Shown here one piece after another: positions 57,145 through 64,000 of a stretch of DNA of 64,000 bases (position 1 is its first letter; the number at the start of each line of letters is the position of its first letter). Origin of the DNA: an uncultured Ohtaekwangia sp. (GTDB taxonomy: Bacteria; Bacteroidota; Bacteroidia; Cytophagales; Cyclobacteriaceae). Both the position numbers and the translations under genes were made by a program. The notes below the pieces were generated by a model. The model was not told where the DNA came from and ran no database searches. It saw only the letters and a list, made by a program, of their open reading frames with translations. The stretch lies in the NCBI GenBank assembly GCA_964524935.1, contig CAZGFJ010000004.1:95463-159462 (forward strand). Reading direction: 5' to 3'.

Positions 57145-58020
57145 TTAAGCCGACTTCAATGCCTCGGCACCGGCTACGATCTCCAGAATTTCTTTGGTGA
57201 TGGCGGCTTGGCGCGTGCGGTTGTAGGTCAACTTCAATTCTTTCAGCAGCTCGCCCGCGTTCTCGGTGGCCTTATCCATGGCCGTCATGCGGGCACCATT
57301 TTCCGAGGCATTGCTGTCCAGCACGGACTTATACAACTGTACGCGCAGCGATTTGGGGATGAGCCCCGTCAAAATCTCTTCCTGGTTGGGTTGATAGAGG
57401 TAATCGACATTAGCCTTTACCTCTTGCTGCTTTGGCACCACAGGCAAAAACGGTTCTACACGCAGGATTTGCGTAGCCACGTTCTTGAATTCATTATACA
57501 CAATCTCGATTTTGTCGTACTCGCCTGCCTTGAACTTGTCCATCAGGAAATCGGCAATAGCCGCGGTACGCTCGAACGACAGGGTGCCAAACAAATTCCA
57601 GTACTCATTGATCATTGGATTGTTGCGCTTGCCAAAAAACTCAAACGCTTTCTTTCCGATGGGCAAAAGGGTCACGTTCCCCTTGCGCTGCTGCTCGGCA
57701 AATTTCTCCACCAACAACCGGGTAGTAGCTTTGAAAATGTTGCTGTTAAACGACCCGCACAGGCCGCGATCGGAACTCACCACCACGATCAATACCTTCT
57801 TCTCCTCCCCCGTGCGGCTATACCAGGTTTGCCCATCCATCTCTGCCCCCGACAAGTTAGCCAGCAGATCGGAGAGCTTCTGTGAAAACGGCCGCATTTG
57901 CATGATCCTGTCTTGCGACTTACGCAGCTTGGCAGCCGCCACCATTTTCATGGCTTTGGTGATCTGCTGCGTGGACATCACCGAGGTGATGCGGCTTTTG
58001 ACTTCTTTTAAACTGGGCAT
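57145..58020 (-). CDS. atpG: F0F1 ATP synthase subunit gamma
   Basis: 'MPSLKEVKSRITSVMSTQQITKAMKMVAAAKLRK…' and the C-terminal 'RQAAITKEILEIVAGAEAL'. Confidence 0.95.
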   Translation of the reverse strand: MPSLKEVKSRITSVMSTQQITKAMKMVAAAKLRKSQDRIMQMRPFSQKLSDLLANLSGAEMDGQTWYSRTGEEKKVLIVVVSSDRGLCGSFNSNIFKATTRLLVEKFAEQQRKGNVTLLPIGKKAFEFFGKRNNPMINEYWNLFGTLSFERTAAIADFLMDKFKAGEYDKIEIVYNEFKNVATQILRVEPFLPVVPKQQEVKANVDYLYQPNQEEILTGLIPKSLRVQLYKSVLDSNASENGARMTAMDKATENAGELLKELKLTYNRTRQAAITKEILEIVAGAEALKSA

Positions 58021-58136
58021 ACGCTAATTTGACAATTAATTGATTTGAGGATTTATCGATGAGGTCATCCCTGGCATCACTGACCAAGCCATGACACAAT
58101 CTTCAGAACGACAAATCGGTCCACCTTCAAATCGAT

Positions 58137-59711
58137 TTAATACCTGGAAGCTAATTCCGTGGCTACTTTTTTTACGGTTGCCACATCGGCATCTTCAAAC
58201 TTACCTGCGCGGAAGTTATCAAGCACGGCCTGGTATTGTGCGCGCAATAGTCCGAGGAATTCCTTCTCAAATTCCTTGACCTTATTCACCGGCACACTGT
58301 CGATGTACCCTTTGGTTGACGCCAGAATGACGGCCACCTGCTCTTCCACGGGCACGGGTGCGTACTGCGGCTGCTTCAATACTTCCAGGTTTCTGCGGCC
58401 ACGCTCAATGGTGAGTTTGGTAGCGGCATCTAAGTCCGATCCAAACTTGGAGAAGGCCTCCAGTTCGCGGAATTGCGCCTGATCCAACTTAAGCGTACCG
58501 GCCACCTTTTTCATGGATTTGATCTGAGCAGCACCCCCCACCCGCGATACCGAGATACCTACGTTAATGGCCGGGCGGATACCCGAGTTGAACAAGTTGG
58601 TCTCCAAAAATATCTGACCATCAGTGATGGAGATTACATTGGTAGGGATGTAAGCCGACACATCATTGGCTTGTGTCTCAATGATGGGAAGGGCTGTGAG
58701 TGAACCACCGCCTTTTACCAAGTGCTTGATGGAAGGCGGAAGGTCGTTCATGGTACGCGCAATGGCGTCATTGTTAATCACCTTAGCGGCCCGCTCCAAT
58801 AAGCGCGAGTGGAGATAGAATACATCACCTGGATATGCTTCGCGGCCGGGCGGTCTGCGCAGCAGCAGCGACACCTCGCGGTAGGCTACGGCCTGCTTCG
58901 ACAAGTCGTCATAAATCACCAGGGCCGGGCGGCCGGTATCGCGGAAAAACTCGCCAATGGCCGCTCCCGTAAACGGAGCAAAGAATTGCATGGGGGCGGG
59001 ATCAGAAGCAGAGGCCGAAACGATGACCGTATACGGCATCGCACCGGCTTTCTCAAGCGTTGCCGCCACCGATGCAACCGTAGATGCCTTCTGCCCGATG
59101 GCCACATAAATGCAATACACGGGCTGGCCTTTCTCGTAGAATTCCTTTTGGTTGATGATGGTATCAATCGCCACGGCCGTTTTTCCGGTTTGACGGTCAC
59201 CAATAATCAACTCGCGCTGTCCGCGACCGATGGGAATCATGGCGTCAATGGCCTTGATACCGGTTTGCAGCGGCTCGTTCACCGGCTGGCGGAAGATAAC
59301 ACCGGGGGCTTTGCGCTCCAGCGGCATTTCATACAATTCGCCACTCAGCGGCCCTTTGCCATCGATGGGGGCTGCCAGCGTGTTCACCACGCGGCCCAGC
59401 ACGCCATCGCCCACTTTTACCGAGGCAATCTGCCCGGTGCGCTTTACGGTGGCGCCTTCTTTGATGTCTTTGGCATCGCCCAACAACACCGCGCCTACGT
59501 TGTCTTCTTCCAGGTTCAATACCAGGGCGCGCAAGCCGTTTTCGAACTGGATGAGTTCACCGGCTTGTGCTTGCGTGAGGCCGTAAATGCGGGCCACCCC
59601 ATCGCCAATGGTGAGCACGGTGCCCACTTCTTCCAATTCGGCCTTGGTGCGCGACTGCGACAACTGCTCGCGCAGGATTGCGGATATTTCTTCGGGTCTG
59701 ATCTCTGCCAT
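58137..59711 (-). CDS. atpA: F0F1 ATP synthase subunit alpha
   Basis: '[15 protein letters not shown]' P-loop. 524 aa. Confidence 0.95.
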   Translation of the reverse strand: MAEIRPEEISAILREQLSQSRTKAELEEVGTVLTIGDGVARIYGLTQAQAGELIQFENGLRALVLNLEEDNVGAVLLGDAKDIKEGATVKRTGQIASVKVGDGVLGRVVNTLAAPIDGKGPLSGELYEMPLERKAPGVIFRQPVNEPLQTGIKAIDAMIPIGRGQRELIIGDRQTGKTAVAIDTIINQKEFYEKGQPVYCIYVAIGQKASTVASVAATLEKAGAMPYTVIVSASASDPAPMQFFAPFTGAAIGEFFRDTGRPALVIYDDLSKQAVAYREVSLLLRRPPGREAYPGDVFYLHSRLLERAAKVINNDAIARTMNDLPPSIKHLVKGGGSLTALPIIETQANDVSAYIPTNVISITDGQIFLETNLFNSGIRPAINVGISVSRVGGAAQIKSMKKVAGTLKLDQAQFRELEAFSKFGSDLDAATKLTIERGRRNLEVLKQPQYAPVPVEEQVAVILASTKGYIDSVPVNKVKEFEKEFLGLLRAQYQAVLDNFRAGKFEDADVATVKKVATELASRY

Positions 59712-59767
59712 AAGCGTTAATTCAAAATTTCTGATTCAAAATGGTGGGTAGCCCAAGGGGCGACTAT

Positions 59768-60328
59768 CTAAAATGCTTTTACGTACGGGTTTTCTTTAAA
59801 TTTCAATTTCAAAGCCTTCAACTGACTGGCAATGGACGAGTCGATCTGCTTGTCGTTCACTTGAAGCAAAAATCCACCAATCAATTCGCTGTCTACTTTC
59901 TCTTTCAACTCCACTTGCTTTTTGGTGCTGATTCTTTTCACCAGGGCTTCTACCTCGGCACGCAGGGTGGCATCCAACGGTACGGCCGTAGTGATAGTGG
60001 CTTTGCCAATGCCTTTGTGCTCGTTATAGGCATTATGAAATTCGTGGGCAATGGCGGGCAAAATCGACTCGCGGTTTTTGCGTGTAAGGATGTCGATGAT
60101 GGCCATGGTGAGGGGGTGCACCTTACTTTTAAATACCCGTTCGAGGATATCGCGCTTGACATCATGTTTGATCACAGGGCTGCGCAACATGACCAGGAAC
60201 TCGCGATGGTTGTCGCACGTTTTGTCGATCAACAGCATGTCGTTGTGCACGGCATCCAGTGCATTTTGGCTCTCGGCCAACCCCAACAGGGATTTCACAT
60301 AGCGCCAGGCAACGCGGGTATCGGCCAT
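59768..60328 (-). CDS. atpH: F0F1 ATP synthase subunit delta
   Basis: OSCP/delta-like protein of 186 aa. ATG 60328 is chosen because it directly follows the atpF stop. Confidence 0.85.
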   Translation of the reverse strand: MADTRVAWRYVKSLLGLAESQNALDAVHNDMLLIDKTCDNHREFLVMLRSPVIKHDVKRDILERVFKSKVHPLTMAIIDILTRKNRESILPAIAHEFHNAYNEHKGIGKATITTAVPLDATLRAEVEALVKRISTKKQVELKEKVDSELIGGFLLQVNDKQIDSSIASQLKALKLKFKENPYVKAF

Positions 60329-60329
60329 G

Positions 60330-60824
60330 TTAGTTGAGCTTGGTTTCTTTGATGAATGTATCAACTAACGCCTTTTGCGCTTTGTCGTCCGCCAGGTTTT
60401 TGCGCACCAGCTTTTCGGCAATCTCTAAGGAGAAGATGGCCACCTGTTCTTTCACATCGCGGATGGCCGCGGCCTTTTCAGTGTTGATTACCGCCTTGGC
60501 ATCTTCAATCATTTTGTCGGCCGTGCGTTTGGCTTCGGTTTGGGCCTGGTCTTGCAGGCGGCTGGCCGCTTCGCGGGCTGCGCGCAAAATTTTGTCGCGC
60601 TCTTCACGGGCTTCTTTCAAAAGCTTTTCATTATCGGCCTTCAACGAAGCCATCTCAATCTTTGCCTTCTCGGCCGAATCCAATGCGCTTTGGATAGACT
60701 GCTCGCGTTCCTTCAACGAAGCCACGATGGGTTTCCAGGCTAATCGCGAAAGCAGTAAAACCAGCAGCAAAAAAATGATGGCTTGCCAAATAATAAGGCC
60801 AGTGCCGGGGGTAAGAAGCTCCAT
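60330..60824 (-). CDS. atpF: F0F1 ATP synthase subunit b
   Basis: One N-terminal TM helix followed by a long charged coiled coil. Confidence 0.9.
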   Translation of the reverse strand: MELLTPGTGLIIWQAIIFLLLVLLLSRLAWKPIVASLKEREQSIQSALDSAEKAKIEMASLKADNEKLLKEAREERDKILRAAREAASRLQDQAQTEAKRTADKMIEDAKAVINTEKAAAIRDVKEQVAIFSLEIAEKLVRKNLADDKAQKALVDTFIKETKLN

Positions 60825-60872
60825 ACTATGTTAGTTCATTTTTCTCGATTACCGTAAGCATACACGCAAATG

Positions 60873-60893
60873 GCCCCGGCCAAGTGCCGGGGC
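60873..60893 (-). other. GC hairpin between atpE and atpF
   Basis: gccccggc-caagt-gccggggc, an 8-bp perfect stem. Confidence 0.5.
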
Positions 60894-60910
60894 GCATTCA
60901 GGTTTGGTTT

Positions 60911-62244
<1,334 letters not shown>

Positions 62245-62349
62245 CACGGAAAGGCAGGGGTCTTTTAAATCGAGTGCAAAAGTACCGATTCTTGGTTCCC
62301 AAAAAAATGTTTTGGGAAAAAAAGCCCCCTCCAACGATGGACAAACGGT

Positions 62350-63072
62350 TCAGCGCGTGCCCTTGCGCCAATGCCAGGCCCTGCCCAGGTTCAGTTGGAA
62401 AAACCAGTAGTTGAACCGATCCATTGGCGCACTGCTAACCCCGGTAAACCGAGATTCCCATGGATGCGAACCGTCTGGTGAAATTCGATAGCCGATCTTC
62501 AACGATTCAAAGATTGAGTTGGGCGTGTCTGGGCGCGCCAGATCGACACCCACCCCGACCACAATGCCCGCGGAGAAATGGCTTAGCTGAGCGGTGTTTC
62601 CAGGGTTGGCCAACAGGCCGGCAACAGAAGCCGGGGCGGTGGGCTTCGACAGATAGACCGAGGCATCGGTGCCCGATAGCCCCACATAGGGATAGACGGC
62701 AAACCACGACTTTCGGTACACATAAAATCCGGTGTAGAGGTTAGTGGTCAATGCAAGGCGCGTCAGTTGCGAGCCGGTGTCTTCGCGCTGCCGGGTTTGG
62801 TACGATGCCATCAGGTCTACGCCCAGGATAAATCGATTCCATCGGTATTGCCCGCCCAAGCCCCAGTTTACGTTGCCCCTGGGAATTCGCGGATAGCCAT
62901 TTTGGAGTAGCGTGCCGTTGAGGGCACTGGAGGCCCCGGTGGCAAAGGTCGGGACGATGGCGTACAGCGCGAAGGTGCGGTTGTGGGGCGCGGCAGGTTC
63001 CGGGTCAGTTTGCGCGGACAATTCACTAGCCCCCCATCCAATCGACAGGCAGAGTAAAAAGCAAAATTTCAT
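62350..63072 (-). CDS. putative outer-membrane beta-barrel protein inside the atp gene cluster
   Basis: Signal peptide MKFCFLLCLSIGWGASELSAQ, alternating beta-strand pattern, aromatic-rich C-terminus. Confidence 0.6.
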   Translation of the reverse strand: MKFCFLLCLSIGWGASELSAQTDPEPAAPHNRTFALYAIVPTFATGASSALNGTLLQNGYPRIPRGNVNWGLGGQYRWNRFILGVDLMASYQTRQREDTGSQLTRLALTTNLYTGFYVYRKSWFAVYPYVGLSGTDASVYLSKPTAPASVAGLLANPGNTAQLSHFSAGIVVGVGVDLARPDTPNSIFESLKIGYRISPDGSHPWESRFTGVSSAPMDRFNYWFFQLNLGRAWHWRKGTR

Positions 63073-63172
63073 GACGTGTCTGTGATCGATAATAAGCCGT
63101 TGCCTAAAATACTCACGCTTACCGCGCATGACCGATGGAAGCCGTGTGCATTCAGAAGAGGGACAAGCAGGG

Positions 63173-63451
63173 TTATGATTTGCTTTTCCGCAGCAACACC
63201 CACACCTCCACGGCAGTGGCCAGCGCATAGGCCACCAAAAACACCACGGCATACATCACCGCTTTTTCGGGATTGCGCACCAGCACCACCACCAACAGCC
63301 CCAGCGAGAGCATCAGTTTGAGCGCAATGGCACCCAGGTAGGCATGGACAAACAAGTCCGGCCGGTTTTTGCGCACCCGCAGCAGCAGGCGCACCATCAG
63401 CCCGGTAAGGAGGGCCAGCGGCAACACGATCAAAAGCCCGTCACCCGTCAT
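63173..63451 (-). CDS. small membrane protein (ATP synthase protein I-like position)
   Basis: MTGDGLLIVLPLALLTGLMV…. Three TM helices. ATGA overlap with the upstream AtpZ-like gene. Confidence 0.55.
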   Translation of the reverse strand: MTGDGLLIVLPLALLTGLMVRLLLRVRKNRPDLFVHAYLGAIALKLMLSLGLLVVVLVRNPEKAVMYAVVFLVAYALATAVEVWVLLRKSKS

Positions 63452-63669
63452 CGCATCAACTGGCGGTAAAGCTGATACATCGAGCCACCCAATCCCGCAA
63501 AGGTTAACACAAGTAAAAAAAGGGGAAATTTGAATTCCAATCGCACATCTAGCCAGTGGCCAAGCCAGGCGCACAGGCCGATGGTCACCAGCAATTGCAG
63601 GCCAAGCCCACTGTATTTGAGATACTGATTAGACGGCTTTGGCTCCTTCGGCCCGGTAGGTGCTGCCAT
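63448..63669 (-). CDS. AtpZ/AtpI family protein
   Basis: 'YLKYSGLGLQLLVTIGLCAWLGHWLD…' is typical of AtpZ. Confidence 0.7.
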   Translation of the reverse strand: MAAPTGPKEPKPSNQYLKYSGLGLQLLVTIGLCAWLGHWLDVRLEFKFPLFLLVLTFAGLGGSMYQLYRQLMR

Positions 63670-64000
63670 TTTCGCCCAGCTTTATGTCCTTCACGGCCGC
63701 GCCCATTTTACACGTACCGTTGAAGACGGCCCCCGGCTCCACGACCAACTTGCCCGTCAAAATATCTCCGTTAATCACGGCTGTGGACTTGAGCACCAGC
63801 AGTTCGCTGATTTCCAGGCGCCCGCGCACCTGCCCTTCGATGTCGGCATTTTGGGCTATGATGTTGCCTTCAATGTGAGAACTGTTGCCCAGCGCAATTT
63901 TGGATTTGGACTTGATGTTGCCGATGATTTTGCCCTCGATGCGGATGTTGCCGTACGTTTCGATGTTGCCTTCCAGCACGGTGCCTTTGCCAATGACGTT
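63629..64000 (-). CDS. bactofilin (polymer-forming cytoskeletal protein), 5' end outside the window
   Basis: Repetitive beta-helix pattern 'IEGKIIGNIKSKSKIALGNSSHIEGNIIAQNADIEGQVRGRLE…'. The frame is open to the window edge. Confidence 0.8.
   Translation of the reverse strand, partial: NVIGKGTVLEGNIETYGNIRIEGKIIGNIKSKSKIALGNSSHIEGNIIAQNADIEGQVRGRLEISELLVLKSTAVINGDILTGKLVVEPGAVFNGTCKMGAAVKDIKLGENGSTYRAEGAKAV

Noticed and set aside
58809-59720. 303-aa plus-strand ORF
   Set aside because: It is antisense to atpA.

Overview
The window looks like a Bacteroidota chromosome. Supporting signs are an atpBEFHAG operon without atpDC that is preceded by bactofilin and AtpZ genes, TTG-N19-TAnnTTTG promoter motifs, a roughly 800-aa FtsX-type permease, and LytTR and ECF regulators. 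All family calls come from reading motifs in the ORF translations; no database search was run.

The backbone is visibly GC-rich and carries housekeeping genes: gltB/gltD, guaB, the F-type ATP synthase operon, tRNA-His, a PurM-like gene, a TrmH-like methyltransferase and an S9 peptidase. It also carries transport and regulatory genes: an ECF sigma factor, LytS/LytTR, a PAS histidine kinase, a TetR-ABC-HlyD-TolC operon, an MFS transporter and a penicillin-acylase-family hydrolase.

Three clearly AT-rich accessory islands interrupt this backbone, at about 0.54-2.73 kb, 11.8-21.0 kb and 26.3-27.36 kb.

The large island behaves like an integron-type gene-cassette array with no integrase in the window (CALIN-like):
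- Short co-oriented ORFs are each followed closely by an imperfect inverted repeat with RYYYAAC...GTTRRRY-like ends.
- Twice, the 5' core of one site is the exact complement of the 3' core of the preceding site.
- The cassettes include a MazEF-type toxin-antitoxin pair, an HTH-WYL/GyrI-like/PhzF group, and a two-gene DUF5343-like + Swt1-like HEPN (Rx4H) module. That HEPN module is the best candidate in the window for an uncharacterised defence or toxin-antitoxin system.

Other points of note:
- Further toxin-antitoxin modules: a DUF433/DUF5615 pair, a VapBC-like pair just downstream of atpG, and a small-ORF + minimal nucleotidyltransferase pair.
- Disrupted genes: a frameshifted FtsX permease, a frameshifted Uma2 nuclease, and a TetR with an in-frame TAG.
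- An ABC exporter whose nucleotide-binding domain has lost most catalytic motifs.
- A 169-bp MITE-like nested inverted repeat.

I found no rRNA gene, CRISPR array, transposase or integrase.
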